Positions 1 to 15,722 of a DNA stretch of 64,000 nt are shown piece after piece (the stretch's first letter is position 1; each line of letters begins with the position of its first letter). This DNA is from Syncephalis fuscata S228 (lineage: Eukaryota; Fungi; Zoopagomycota), in NCBI GenBank assembly GCA_025786725.1, contig JAHLTZ010000003.1, positions 620,001-684,000 of the forward strand, written 5' to 3'. The position numbers and the translations under genes were made by a program. The notes under the pieces were generated by a model. It searched no databases and was not told the DNA's origin. It was given only the letters and a program-made list of their open reading frames with translations.

Positions 1-1350
1 AATCGTAAACTTATCAACAATAGTCTTGACCCATCCAAGCCAGTTAGTGGACTGGAGACCGGCTGGTGGGTCGGAGTAGATCAAAAGATTGGGTGTATCA
101 TTTGCTATGCCTTCCAAAGCACCCTTGGTCGCCTCATCGATGATCTTTTCCTTAAGGTGCTTGGGCTTCACAACTGATGGATCAGCTTCTTGTGAAAGAT
201 AATAGGCCATAAGGCCGCAGACGTGAGGGGAAGCCATGGAAGTACCGGAGATAGTGTTGGTGGCCACGTTGGAGCCAATCCATGTCGACAAGATGTTGTG
301 ACCAGGAGCAAAGACATCGGTACATTTGCCGTAGTTAGAGAACCAGGCGCGTGTATCCTCAATGGTAGAAGCACCAACAGTGACGGCCTTGTCAGCGGAA
401 GCAGGTGAGTAGTCGCAAGCATCACGGTTATCATTACCAGCTGCCACGGCAAAGTGCACACCAGCCTCAACAGCAGCGTTGACTGCCATATTCAAGGCAC
501 GAGAGAAGCCACCGCCCAACGACATGTTGGCTACGCTAGCATGTCTCTTCTTCGACTTCTTGGCCTCTTGAGCGGCCAATCCATGTGCTTCGGCGACCCA
601 CTGGACACCACCAACGACGTCGGACATAGAGCCGGATCCGTTGGAGCGCAACACCTTGACTGCAACGATATTGGCGTTTTTGGCAACACCGTAACGATGG
701 CCAGCTACAGTACCAGCCACATGCGTACCGTGGCCGTTGCCATCCTTATCTTCGTCGTTTTGTGGGATAGTGGCGCCCCATGTAGCACGGCCTTCAAAAT
801 CGACATGATGGATATTGACACCAGTATCCACAATATAGGCAGTAATATCATGGCCACCATCATGCGCGTATGGGTATTTGTTAAAGGTGCGGAAGGTCAA
901 CGTCTCACGGTGAGCAATACGAGCTAGACCCCAAGGGGCATTTCTTTGCAAATCAGTTGCGTAGACAGTCGAGTCATGTTCGACAAAGGCAACTTCATCG
1001 GCATTGCGCACCTTGTCGACCACTTCACTGGTAAATTTGCCAGCATAGCCACGCAGTCCATCCATTTCGTATACGTGATGCATCTGGTTTTCACCACCAT
1101 CACTAACAAGACCGCCGTGTTGGGCAAGGAAAGCCGCCAATAGATTGTGATGTGATTCAATCTGCTGTTCAGATAAATCCTTTTTCAACACAACGATGTA
1201 GCTATCTTGAATGACATCGGCATTATCGGTTGATAGCAAAGGAGCTACATTGCCGCTTGTGTGATGACGTGCATCAACACCAACTGAAACCAAAGCAATC
1301 ACCGCAACTGCTGCGGAAGCAAGCAAATACACTGTTCTAACAGGACGCAT
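1..1350 (-). CDS. Subtilisin-like serine protease (S8, proteinase K / vacuolar proteinase B type) with signal peptide and I9 propeptide; 3' end runs off the window
   Basis: Manual minus-strand translation from ATG 1350: MRPVRTVYLLASAAVAVIALV...DSYIVVLK...APWGLARI...YIVDTG...GNGHGTHVAG...VANMSLGG...AAGN...ISGTSMASPHVCG; D/H/S triad intact. Absent from the ORF track because there is no stop inside the window. Confidence 0.95.
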   Translation of the reverse strand, partial: MRPVRTVYLLASAAVAVIALVSVGVDARHHTSGNVAPLLSTDNADVIQDSYIVVLKKDLSEQQIESHHNLLAAFLAQHGGLVSDGGENQMHHVYEMDGLRGYAGKFTSEVVDKVRNADEVAFVEHDSTVYATDLQRNAPWGLARIAHRETLTFRTFNKYPYAHDGGHDITAYIVDTGVNIHHVDFEGRATWGATIPQNDEDKDGNGHGTHVAGTVAGHRYGVAKNANIVAVKVLRSNGSGSMSDVVGGVQWVAEAHGLAAQEAKKSKKRHASVANMSLGGGFSRALNMAVNAAVEAGVHFAVAAGNDNRDACDYSPASADKAVTVGASTIEDTRAWFSNYGKCTDVFAPGHNILSTWIGSNVATNTISGTSMASPHVCGLMAYYLSQEADPSVVKPKHLKEKIIDEATKGALEGIANDTPNLLIYSDPPAGLQSTNWLGWVKTIVDKFTI

Positions 1351-2950
1351 CTTGAAATAGCTGCAACAATTAAAGGCTTAATCGAATCAGTGCTATTGAC
1401 TACTAGCTGATTGGCAAGACAGAGTAAAGTAGGTTGTTAAGCAAGAACCAACAGTTATGGAAAACAAAAGGTAGTGAAGGTAAAGGCAACAGATGAAGTC
1501 TTAATCGCCAAGCAATATAAAACAAAGTAGTAGCGATAGTAAATGTTGTTGTAGTAGAAGTAGTGGACTATGAAGAAAAAGGGGCGATGATAGAAACAAT
1601 GACGCTAGAGACTAGCAATAGAAAAAAAGTGCCGTTGATGATAAGAGTAGTAGTAGTAGTAGTAGTAGTAGTTAAGTAAAGGAGAAAGAGAAAGAAGAGT
1701 ATGACGAGAGTATATGTGATGGGAGCTCGCCAGTCACTTTACGGACATTTATAGGTTCGCGGAACTATAGACTGGTCATGTGGTGTTGAGAACAGCAATT
1801 GTATTGGCTAAAATACAATTGTGTGTGTGTGAGAGTGAGTAGAGCAAAGTTCTATATTATATGGCAATAATGGTAATAATAAGGATGATTTAATGAAAAG
1901 GGGATACAAACTGATGGATGGCTCATTCTTCCCCAATAATATGATGACTCAGATGACGAATTGACATCATTCATGTCACCATACTAGCATACGATAGCAG
2001 TGTTGTTTATTTACATTAGTGATTACATATTTGTATATAATAAAGCTATTCGCTATTTACGATGAATACACTTATAGGCTAGTCATCAATTTGCCCATAG
2101 TCATACTATATGTATGTTGATACGCAGACCAGCATATGGTTCCCCTTGTACACCAGTTTGCAACAACAAGCAGTATTGAGCCTGTTGATTGGTGCGCTGA
2201 CACCAACAGTACTACATACAACAAGCATGTAATTGATTGATAGGACAGGTCATTAGCTGCAAAATCAACATATATATATATATATAAAACAGCATACGTA
2301 CTAGTCATGATATAATGGCTGGATATGCGCTATTGAATGCGTACGCAGCAAAGTTACAGCTACATGCATCGGTAGTAGCAGATAGAAGCAGCAAGCTTGT
2401 AATTTACTCAAAACTGAATGTCAAAAAAGACAAAAGGGGTGAGCACAAATAAGTCGTCGTAGATAATGGATACAAGTAACATGTGCCATGGATTATTCAC
2501 TATTTGCTAGTCAATAAGCTGTAGCTTAGTTAGATGGCGGCGTTTATGACTAGTACTAGTATTACGATCCTTATTATGATTATTATGTTGTTGCTATAAA
2601 TTATACTAATGCACTCCTTTCAATTCAATCATTGTCAAAGTGTCAATAGACGTCATTATTCTACACTTTAACAGTCATCTATACAAGCTATTTCCTTTGA
2701 TCTACCATTTAATACTATTCGTATTTTTTTACCAATTCTGTTGTCGTTTTTAACTAGAAAGAAGCCAAGACTGTCCCACGAGTCGTCGTTGTTCGTATCG
2801 TATCCTATTCGCTAGGCATTGCTGGCGTGACCAGCTAGTACCTACCGTCTTCTACCTTTATTGTTTCTTTTAACCATTCTTCATCTTTACTTTTCTATCT
2901 TAATATTGCCTAGTCTGTCATTTTATTCCAATTGTGCTTGCCACTTAATA

Positions 2951-5479
2951 ATGTTCCATTTGGTAGAGTCGCGCCCCACAAGTGGCGATAGTGTTGCTGG
3001 CTTGTGGCGGCCCTCATTTACGCGCGATCGACATCTTTTGTACACGATTGGTGGTGGGGGTGTAGTGCCAGAGCATGTGCAACAGCTTGATCTCCGCACA
3101 GGTATATGGACCAGTTTACAGGTGGGTTGCTGTAACAGGATATCATCTATATAGGAATTGCTAGCGAATAGCCACAATGATAACACTAGTAACTAACGGC
3201 TTGTTTGTTGTTACGACAGACTAAAGGTGGCACTCCACCTACAAAACGCTATGGCCACACAGCAGTATTATGGCGTAATTACATTGTAGTATTTGGCAAG
3301 TAGGCATTAAACACATACTACACTATATATATATATCTATGTATATATAGCTGTATATTATATGTAAATGCATTTATATAGCTATTAAACTAACTTGATT
3401 ATAGGTGGTATCAATGAACGACAAGAGTTTTGCGGTGATGTGCTTTTATTTGGTCTAAACGATCATATCTGGTACCAGCCAACGATCCATGGACATCATG
3501 CGGCACCGCGCTATCTACATACTGCTTTGGTCTACAAAAACAAGATGTATGTTTATGGTGGATTTTCAAAAAATACCACATGTAAGTGTATAGCATTACA
3601 GCTGCCACGATAAATTGACTAATTTATGTGTATTTATTTAGCTGGCCGTAAGTATCAAGACATTAATAATAGCTACATGTAATAATAATAGTTTAAAACA
3701 GTAACCTGTGTACTTGCACAAATGAATGTGCTTGATTTGAGCACGTTTACTTGGCAAAAGCCTTATATTGTACCGCCACGCTATAACCATTCTGCTTTGT
3801 TGGTCCACGATCAAATGTACATCTATGCCGGCAAGAATGGCGGCGGACATACTGTCATTGATATGTATGTTGTAGATCTTTGTTCTAACAAGATACGGCC
3901 ACAAGACAGTATTACCGGCCAGATTGAACCATTAAAGTCGCATCATTTTATGGAATCAGTGGGCGATAATCGTGTTGTTATGTTTGGCAAGTTTCTTAAG
4001 ACGCCTCAAAAGCTTGAATACACTGTTTGCTTGTTGGATTTAAACACTTCAAAGTGGCATAAATTTCCCAAAGAACGCAGCTTAGAGCAAGGTGTATGGA
4101 ACTATTTTACTACAGCAACTGCCGAGGAACTTGGCGACAACCTACTTGATGTCGATGACCCGCACCAGCGCCATCTTGTATTTCTCGGTAATACAGATCC
4201 TGATCGTCCTCCGCTATACGATCATTTCAGAGATATGCTTGTTGTAAGTCTAAAACCAACGAGTGTATGGCAAGTACCGCGTGAAACGATACAATACGAC
4301 TTTGATCAACTGTTTAAACTTCCGGATGTTGCTGATTTTACACTGAAGCCAGCCGATGGCAAGCCAATAGGTGTTCATCGGGCCATACTTTATGCAAGGT
4401 GGTCTCACTTTCGTAACATGTACAATAGTGGCATGAAAGAGGCGACATGTGACTGGATGGAGCTACTTGAGCCGCATTCAGTAGTTCTAGCATTTACTCG
4501 CTATATTTATACGGATAAATTGGCCGAAAACATGTCGACCGAAGAGGTGATTGGCGTATTAAGCATGGCCAATATGTATTTTGTGCCACGCCTTACAAAG
4601 CTATGCTGCCGTCGACTGGCTAAAAAGCATTTATCGCCCACAACAGCCGTTGCCATTTTTCAAGCTGCTCTGTTGAATCAAGAAGCCGGATTGAAGCTAG
4701 TTGCATTAGAGTATATCTTTCGTAACTTTGGTAGAATATGGCACTCTAGAGGACTTGAACAATTGAATGAAGAAGGCATGGAAGAACTTGATCGCTGCAT
4801 TCCAATGTACGCAGAACTGGTTGTTAAGAAGAAAGAAGTCTCTTCAGCGCCGACTATATTACCGGCAACAGTTGAATCAGAGCATAGCATCGATCCAGCT
4901 GCCACACTTGCTACTCAAAATACTTCAAATACAACTGATATGGTAGCAATGTTGATTACTGCTGTTGCCACAGCTTTATCTACACAAGATCAGCAACAGT
5001 CACAGCAAGAGTTGTTGCCACTACAGCCGACTATACTACAACAGCAGATTCAACAAAATCTGCAACAATTAGTTCAACAACAACAACAACAACAGCAACA
5101 ACCTCAAGAGCAATTGCAAGGACTTTTGCAACAATCATTACAAGCACTACAACAACGACAGTTACAACATATACAAACATTGTTACAACAAAACCAACAA
5201 CAACAACAACAACCGGGACAAAGAAACCAACAACAACAACGACAACGACAAAGGCGACAACAGCTGCAACAACAACAACAACAACAAAATACAAATCTAC
5301 TAGCTCCTCCATTTATCAACGATTTATACCGTAGTATGAATGATTCGCCTATTTTAATTCAACATGAAATAAGTCGTATTGGTAATAGCGAACATGAAGA
5401 TGATTCTGTAGAGTATGATGAAGAAACTGTTACCAATACTTATGAAGAAGAGATTGAAGCAGATACAAGCACTAATTGA
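2951..5479 (+). CDS. Kelch-repeat + BTB/POZ protein (LZTR1 / Ral2 / Mds3-like) with poly-Q and acidic tail; 5 exons including a 6-nt micro-exon
   Basis: Kelch motifs RYGHTAV..VVFGG, PRYLHTA..YVYGG, PRYNHSA..YIYAG; BTB motif ADFTL..VHRAILYARWSHFRNM..SGMKE..FTRYIYTD; introns ~3122-3219, 3296-3404 (GC-AG), 3582-3641, 3648-3701. Confidence 0.88.
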
Positions 5480-7699
5480 TCTTTTTGATTTTATATTATA
5501 GCCAGACATACTATACATTTACATGTATGTTCTATTTAATGGTAGAACAGCAAAAACAAGCAATTTATTAATTCAAATTTATTTAGTCGTCTATCCTTAT
5601 ATTTTTATCCCTTTGTATAATTGACAATAATATATATTGATTAGTTGCTTGCTATTTTCACTCCATCTCCTTTTATTTGTTATAACTTTTGGTGTATATA
5701 ATCATTGCTGATCAGCATTAATTATAATAATAATCACAACAATAGTGTTAATAGTAATAATAGCTTTAATAGTTTTATAGTGATCATTATGGTAATAATA
5801 TATTAATGTGTGACTGTTTTAGTGTAATCTCCATTATTACATCATTTTAACTATAAATAATATGGCAAGCATCAGATAATCATAACTATAATTAAAGATC
5901 TTCATTAATAAGATTTTCTTTTTATTAATGACTTAGACCATCTAGTAAATCATTATACATATAATATCGAGTAAGGTATAATCTTGTGGAATAGGATAAA
6001 CCGACGACTATATGATTGTCTGGCGATCTTGACGCGGTGTTTGAAAATAAACCACATAACAAATCTGGCCCGTCTTGGGAACTTTTATCAATTCGAGGAG
6101 CACACACACACAATGCACGCACACACACACACAAATGCACACCACTCCTCTTTTACGATACATTTTGTTTCACTTTGATTGATATTAATCCACTAACAAG
6201 GACAAAAGTTTTAAATTTGCATGATACCTGTGTCGCGTGCACACATATCAAACTGCAACTACTCGTTTGCTCTAATTATATTCCCGTTTCTGCCCTGTGC
6301 TGCTCTCCTTCTTTCTCTATTAAGTAGTGTGCCTATGAAGGACTAGTACGCGTATACATTATACAGTATTAAACACTCTTTTTTCTTTCTTTCTTGCTTG
6401 CTTGCTTGTCGTTGATCCGTTTTACACGTTCATTTGCCTACATACACACGCCCATTCACTATTTCATTCGCCGTATGGCCCTTCATCTTTTATAGTATCA
6501 TTGAAACGAAGCTTCCAAGCAATTTCCTTTTTACTATTTCATTTCCTTTTATTGGCAAGCCTTCCACTTTTGTTTTCCACTTTCTGCCTTATAACTGAAG
6601 CCTCACTATATTACCCGACGACTCATACGTTTTTTCTAGCATTTACAACCAGCTATATCACTTTCCCTCTTGCTTCTAAAGACATTGAGTAACCAAAGTT
6701 TAGTCTCTGATCGTTTTGTCTCGGCACCGTCATATCTACTGCCTTAGGTACAATCGTGCACTTTTCTCTGTAACAGCAGTCAAACCAAATAGCTTATTGT
6801 TCGTCTAGCATTGCGCATGTGTAGACACCGCAATTAAACGTTCAAACATTTGGCAAAAGAAAGAGCAATAACGTTAGTAACAATAGCGAGCATATACATA
6901 TACATATATATATACTTATTTTATTCATATATACATATACTGATATTGATATTAATACAGAGCATCGTTTTTCTGTTTGTTGAACTGCACAGCAAGGGTA
7001 CTGCTATCTTTTCTACAAACGCGCGCTCAGACGCTTTTTCTCTTATTCGCTCATTTAAACTACTCTCATCTTACTGGCGTCGACGCCTTCCCCTTGTGCC
7101 TTTAAACGCTTTTATTTCTACTATCACTCATCTACCTGTCGAGGCGCGCGCAGCTGTGCTCGCGTGCTATTTCCCTGCCGGCAACTCTTTTTGGCTGTCG
7201 TGGCTGTGTCGAGTTTTTGCATCCGCACTTCATCTGCACCCACACTCTTCACCAACAACACACCACTCTTTCACCCGCACGCACTTCTCTCTCTCTCTTG
7301 CTCCTATTCTCTTTCGCTTTTTCAAGCTTCCACACCTTTTCTCTTTTTCTATTATCGCACCTTTGAGCAGTTGGATTGCGTGATCTTATCTTGTTGCTAG
7401 CTGGCTGGCTTGTTGTGCACACAAACATACCTGGGTAGTCTGATTATACACCCGTGCCGCAGCTTGGTATTTGACCCATCATTGTTCTATTGAACCGTTT
7501 GCTTTTACTGGTAAGCTATTGTCATCCTCATCGTTTCCTTGGCCAACCATGTTTGGCTAGATGAGAACTGGAAAGTACTTGAACACGTGTTATTAACGAA
7601 CCATCTTGTCTTTTTTACCTTGATGCGTATGTTGTGTGTGTGTGTGTGTGTGTGTGTATGCGTATTGGTGCTTGTATGCGTCTGTTTATAGTGGCCACC

Positions 7700-9469
7700 A
7701 TGTCGTTTCTCAACAAGATTGGCCCGAGTGGCAAAAACTACGCTATAACTATGCCTGGAGCGTCGCCAAACTACGCTTATCATAAACAACAACCACAGAC
7801 CGGGCCGATCAAGGATCCATATCATGAACCGCAACAGTCACAGCAAAACCACGCTTATTACTCGCCTAACAATAACATTGCCAATACTACTACTACTTCC
7901 TCCACCTCGTTAATGCAACAACCACATCCATCATCGCCGCATGCGTATGGTGGCCAGCAGCACTACCAGCAACATCATCATTCTTCACAGCAGCAGCAAC
8001 AACAGCAGCAATTGAATTATGGTAGTGCATCTCCTGTGGCCACCAAACCACCACAGCCAGGCTATGGCTTGTCCATTCATCCATCGGCACAGCCAGTATA
8101 CGATAATGGGTATAACAAGGTAATTAATTGATTCTACCAGCATACATGCTATTAATTGTTAAATTATTTGAACTAATAATGAATATATGTATTTATTTTA
8201 TCATTAGCCAATTCCTTCGCCTAAACCGGCCAATGCTGTATCGTCGAGTGGGCTATCGATGATTTCAGAAACGAATCATGCTCATTCGGCTTCCGTAGCT
8301 ACACCAGCACTCCCTTCGCCACCCACGCACCCGGCGTCGCCACCTTCGCCGCAACAGCAGCAACGCCACAATGGAGCTACCGGCGTAGATGCGACAAGTC
8401 CGGCTCATGCAATGGCAAGTGCCAGTGCATCGACACCACGTGTGAATACACTTGAAGGTGTGCATTTAAAAGATTTTCATTTATCACGTACACTCGGTAC
8501 CGGTTCGTTCGGCCGAGTTCATTTGGTTCAGCTTAAAAGCACTGGTGCCTACTATGCGATGAAGGTTCTAAAGAAGTCGGAAGTTGTTCGGCTTAAGCAA
8601 GTGGAGCATATTGTCAATGAAAAGTCGATTTTAGAACGTACACGACATCCATTTTTGGTCAATTTACTGGCTACCTTCCAGGATTCGGTAAATCTTTATA
8701 TGATTATGGAATATGTTGTAGGCGGTGAAATGTTTACTTATTTACGGAAATTCCAAGTAAGTATTTATTACTGAAAAACTAATGGTTGTTTAACAAATAC
8801 TAACATAATAATTATTAGCGTTTTCCAAATCACGTAGCCAAGTTCTATGCAGCACAGGTAGTGTTGGCGTTTGAATACCTGCACTCGTTAGATGTCATTT
8901 ATCGTGATTTGAAACCGGAAAATCTGCTACTCAGCGAGTCGGGCAATGTAAAGATTACAGATTTCGGCTTTGCCAAACACGTCCCAGATGTGACATGGAC
9001 GCTATGTGGTACGCCCGACTATTTAGCGCCCGAAATTATCCAATCTAAAGGCTATGGTAAAGCCGTTGATTGGTACTCGCTGGGCATTCTTATTTTTGAA
9101 ATGCTGGCCGGCTATCCGCCATTCTACGATGAGGATCACTTCAAGCTTTACGAAAAGATCCTTATCGGTCGTATTAAATGGCCACCCCACATTGACCCAT
9201 TGGCCAAAGATCTTATTAAGCGCTTATTGGCGGCCGATCTTAGTAAACGTTATGGTAATCTGCGAGGTGGTGTAGAAGATATTAAGCGGCATCGGTGGTT
9301 CATGGATATTGATTGGGAGCAAATGAAGCGACTAGAGCTTAAAGCACCTGTCATTCCTGTAGTAAAGGGCGCTGGCGACACAAGTAACTTTGATCAATAT
9401 CCAGAATCTAACGAAGAATACGGCAGAGTGTGTGAAGATCCTTATGAGCAACTATTCAAAGGATTTTAA
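7700..9469 (+). CDS. pkaC: cAMP-dependent protein kinase catalytic subunit (PKA-C) with Q/P-rich N-terminal extension
   Basis: [62 protein letters not shown], terminal FKGF; introns 8120-8207 and 8757-8818. Confidence 0.96.
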
Positions 9470-10222
9470 GCATCATTTTCTTTAACTGATTCTTATTTTT
9501 TGCGCCTTTTGATCTTTTCACTCTGTTTCTCGTTTGATAACCATCGCTACTACACTACACTACTTACTACTTACTACTACTACTACTATTACTATTACTT
9601 CTACTACATTACTGTTACAGTTACAGACATTACTATTACTTCTACTACTAGTATTACTTCTCCTATTACAACAACGTTTACTACTATTATACCATTGATC
9701 GCCCCTACGCTTGTTTTTATTTTCATTTAAACTATTGTTGTTGCTGTTATTGTTTTACATTGAAAATAGGCACGCTACGTTTAGTATCGGTGTAATCCAG
9801 TGTTAAATATTGGTTTATATGGTTTTTTTGTTATTATGATATGGTTAGATAAGAATGATAAAAAGAGTACAAACTATTGATCGGTGCTTTATTGTATAGA
9901 GTGGAGGGACTCCAAATATTTATTTATTTTGAATCAAAGCATAGTGATATGAGTATAATAGCAATATTGAAACCATATCTTTGAATATCTATGTCTGAAC
10001 AGCTACAAATAATGAATAAAAGTCATTCTAGCCAAAATAGCAGTGTATTATTAGTAAAACAGTGAATAGTCTTTTAACATCAAAGTTTGATGTATATATA
10101 GCAATAATTAAATAATAGCCAACACCAATATTTTAAGGTATAATAATGGCCCACTAGTTTATTCATTTATTCATGCATAATATAGAGTGTGTAAAAATAT
10201 AATCTAATATAGCTATGTGCCA

Positions 10223-11683
<1,461 letters not shown>

Positions 11684-12357
11684 AAAAAGTCGAATAAAAA
11701 AGTGGTAGTATAATAAGCGGGAAAAAAGTTAAGCTGCAATGGTGAATCGGAGATAAAAACAGTAAGACAGAGAAATACAAATCTGCCTGGCCACACAAGC
11801 ACACATGTGCTACAGCATGCGATAATGATTGCGTATTTTACTGCTCAATCATATGCAAGCCTATAAATAAATTGTAAAAATTACTAATAATTGACACATA
11901 TTGCACTATTTGACTTTATATTCATAGAATTCAATCATTATACGTAGCACCATACGAATAACAATATGTTACCATAAAGTCCGATCCGTCGATCCATATA
12001 CACTATATTTTAACTGGATTACTTATCCACTGTAGCTTATTCGTTTATTTTGCTTATATTATTCTATATTTATTACTAATTATGTTTTTTGTGGACTCCA
12101 ACTCGATACACTTGAATACATTTAAACACACGCTATATCATTAGTATTCATTTATTTCTTTGATCATTTAATTGATTTATATTATTTACTAGCTTGCAGT
12201 CAAGCATTCAATATAAATATAAAATTAAAACTAAAAAAGATCGAATCAAGAGCACAGTTTACATTGCGTCAACTCTCCAACAACGATCATATCACAGCGC
12301 AACAGTGTTAATTTTGTGACAAAAATTAATATAAAATAATAATAAAATTAAATGAAA

Positions 12358-13018
12358 CTATTGTTGCTGTGTATCAATAGCAATAAATCGGGTTGCTGCA
12401 AATGCTGCTATGCCAATGACAGTCGATGAAAGAACATTGGCCCATATATCTATACCGGACATAGGACGTTTCCAAGTGCCATTCGCGCCAAGTTGTGATT
12501 GAATCTAAATAGTGTTGTTAATAAATGTCGAAAAGAATAAGCTATTCAATTGTCGTCTTACTTGAGCAATAAATGTGGATAATTTAATAAAATTAGGATC
12601 AGAGGCATCATTATTCTTACGAGATATTTCTGCAAGAAACTCAAGGAAAATACCCCGGACCATCGTCATATCTTGTGCTTCGATAATAAGCTATTATTTA
12701 ATCCATAGAATAATTAATATTAAATATTATAATAAACTTGATTAGTAATCACTTACTTTGCATGCAAGTCCTTTACGAATCTTTATATTTCGTTCAAATA
12801 TCTGTGGATTATTAAACACTAATGCTAGTGTAGAGATGGCCATAACCTAAATAGACAATCTAGTTGGTATATGTCTCACTGTAATTATAGCAAATTACCT
12901 GGGGAATTGCACAGAAATTAAACACGGATTGATTACGAATAAGTGACATATACTCGATGGCATCGGGTATGTGTGATAATGCATCAAGACACATATGATT
13001 TAAACAAGCCAGAGCCTA

Positions 13019-13053
<35 letters not shown>

Positions 13054-14242
13054 TAGATATTAGTTAGAATAGTTTGTATAAAACAATAGCTGTAATAACA
13101 ATTAATAAATACTCACCTGTTTACGATTCTTTGGATCTCTAAACTCTTCAGGACTCTCAGCGTATTGTGCCCATATTTCTCGTGGCCAAAACAAACGACC
13201 ATCAATATGATCCTCAAGAAAATCACGAATAATATTTGTTTTTTGAAGCAATAAACCCATTGAATTAGAACTGTATAACGATCGGTTGGTTAGTATTAAT
13301 TCCTAATATTGATCCTATAACTTACAGATTTGTCTTTTCAGCAAATATTGGATCTGTATTAACGTATTAATATGGCATTGTATAACATAGATGTAATTTT
13401 ATTAAGCCTGCATTACCTTCCAGTTCCGATGCAGAGAATAACTCGCTTAGACCGATGCCCACCAGACCGGCAACATAATGGCAGTAAAGATCGTAGTCTT
13501 CTTTGTTGACTACACGGCGTGTACAAAATTCGGCCATACCATGACCCATGCGGCGAGTAATATCGGCAATGACTTGCTGATATCTATAGCATTGTATTAA
13601 GTATCTACTACACAATAGATAAACACGCCATTTACCTTGGCTTAATCAGTAGGAAAAAATCAATAATAACATTGAATTCCACCAATACATCTCGATCTTT
13701 CTCGTTGGGTCCAGCTAATGGTTGGTTATGATCACCATTAATATTGTGGTGTAAATAATAGCACCTACTTACATTCAGTAAAATTCCAACCCTTTTCAAA
13801 TATATATTCATGGAAATGTTGTAATACAAATATTTTGCGATCCAAGGATAATGTCATATCATCCTCTAATTAATAATACGGTGTTAGCAAACATTCCAAC
13901 TCACACTATTATTATTATTCACTTGCCTACAGTATCTAATGCTCGAAGAATAACATAAAATAGACACACCTATCAATTTATAATATTAATAACTATGTTC
14001 TTTATATAATTAAACACCCAACCTACCGGGTCCATTAACTCTTCATCAAGCTCTTTGATAACTGCCGAGAAAGAACGCGACGTTCTATTTAATAGGTTAT
14101 AGCAAATATAGCGCGCCTTATTGGTAATGGTGCCGTCTGCCGTCACAGCCGGATTGACAACAGCACTTGGCCGAACCAGCTTATAGTTAAGCATGGCGAG
14201 TAATTCCGCCGGCCGAATAAGCGCTTCAATAATAGGGCTCAT
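12358..14242 (-). CDS. ERG9: Squalene synthase (farnesyl-diphosphate farnesyltransferase), about 10 introns
   Basis: [66 protein letters not shown]; one GC-AG intron 13926-13866. Confidence 0.95.
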
Positions 14243-14557
14243 ATTACTTGCAAAAAATCAATAAGTAAGAAACAATAGGGCCGATACTGGCGTGTTAGTT
14301 GCTATGTTCGTTTTAATACTGGCCTCACACAAAGGCGTGCACATTTTCTATCATCTAGACCATCATGCTAGATATCGATAGACCAATCAGCAATGAGTGC
14401 CATGGATCAGGTCATCTATTCCTCCGACCAATGATGGTTACTTATGTATGATTATTGTTGTTATTTACAGACGTATTAATGTGAATCGGTAATTAAATTT
14501 AAATATTATTTTATTCAAATAAAACTATGCATAGACAAAGAATAACATAAATAAAGT

Positions 14558-15722
14558 CTAGCGAGTCAGTTCTAGAAATGCTTGCAGCGTATAGTGTGCG
14601 TCATTTCCGGCATTATGAAGGAAGTAGTGATCAATATTGAGCGAGTCGAGTAGCTTGGTTAGACTCGTTGGCTGAGCGGCACCAGTAATGGCACAGTGTA
14701 ACTTGCCAGTATCCAGTGTGATGGCCGACGTTGGCACTTTAACACCTAAACTTTCAAGGTAACGAATATCGCCCTTAACAGCATGTCCAATAAATACAAG
14801 TGGTGCATCCGTGTCAAGATCGGCTTGGATAGCTGCGGCAATCTCCTTTAATGAGGCCCATTTTGATGTGCCAAATACAAAGTTGTCACGCAGATCAGGT
14901 ACATAGCGACCATTTTTTAAAGCGCGGAACTCTGTAACGTTGTAGTGCTGGTCAAGATAGCGGTCGCGTCGTGCATCGTACATGCTCCAGCCAACTTCGA
15001 GCACGCGTCTCTGGTCACGCTCCCATGCTTCAACATCCACTGCTATAAAAATGTGTTTGGCAGCCCGTCGCAGATCACGAGCCATTTCAAGCACCTTCTG
15101 CAGGTCCTTTTGACGTGCTTGGTGTCGATACAGCTTGTTGTGCTCTTTTATAGCTGCCATAACATCGCTATACGCTTTATTATCTGGTATATGGACGGGT
15201 ACGACATCGTGGTAGATGGCTTGCGATATAACCGTTGGTAATGCTAACGATAGCCGTACTTCTAATTCTGCCTTAATCGCGCGTGCTTGCCCTCTGTTAA
15301 TAAAAGTGACTGTTTACCTTCGGTATTAACACCTAAGTGTGCGGCGTAGTAAGCCATAAACAGGTCATTAAATGTTATCAATATAATGTATATAGTGATA
15401 AGAAGGTGTAATATGCGATAGTTGCATCTATATCATACAACTTACCAAGGTGAAATTCCCATTCTGCATGTGAAATATACAGCTCCGGTATTTTTATCAA
15501 GCTGAGCATTTGTTGCTGCGATGCTTCATCAGTTATAAAGTGTTTCCATAGTGATTGTAGCTGCGAAACGTGCACCAACGAGCCTGCTTTGTACTGCTGT
15601 GGCGATTTGACAGCAGTGTCTGGCAATGAAGGATGAGGCAATACAGTTGAATTCGTAGCAACTACTGCTCCTTCTACTTGTGCTGCTTGACGAGGTGGAC
15701 TAAACGAGGCTGCTGTACTCAT
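14558..15722 (-). CDS. Gfd2/YDR514C / QDE-2-interacting protein (QIP)-like DEDDh exonuclease
   Basis: FIAVDVEAWE..VLEVGWS, FVFGTS, FIGHAVKGDIRYL, LDT, LHNAGNDAHYT; one intron ~15445-15333; frameshift near 15315; start may instead be 15818. Confidence 0.82.

Noticed and set aside
168-1160. ORF-track entries at the window start
   Set aside because: Alternative-frame or antisense shadows of the subtilisin gene.
5031-5319. Poly-Val and poly-Cys ORFs on the minus strand
   Set aside because: Antisense readings of the CAA poly-Q tract.
5925-7690. Short hydrophobic ORFs upstream of PKA
   Set aside because: Pyrimidine-rich promoter or 5' UTR with microsatellites and probable UTR introns; no recognisable protein motifs.
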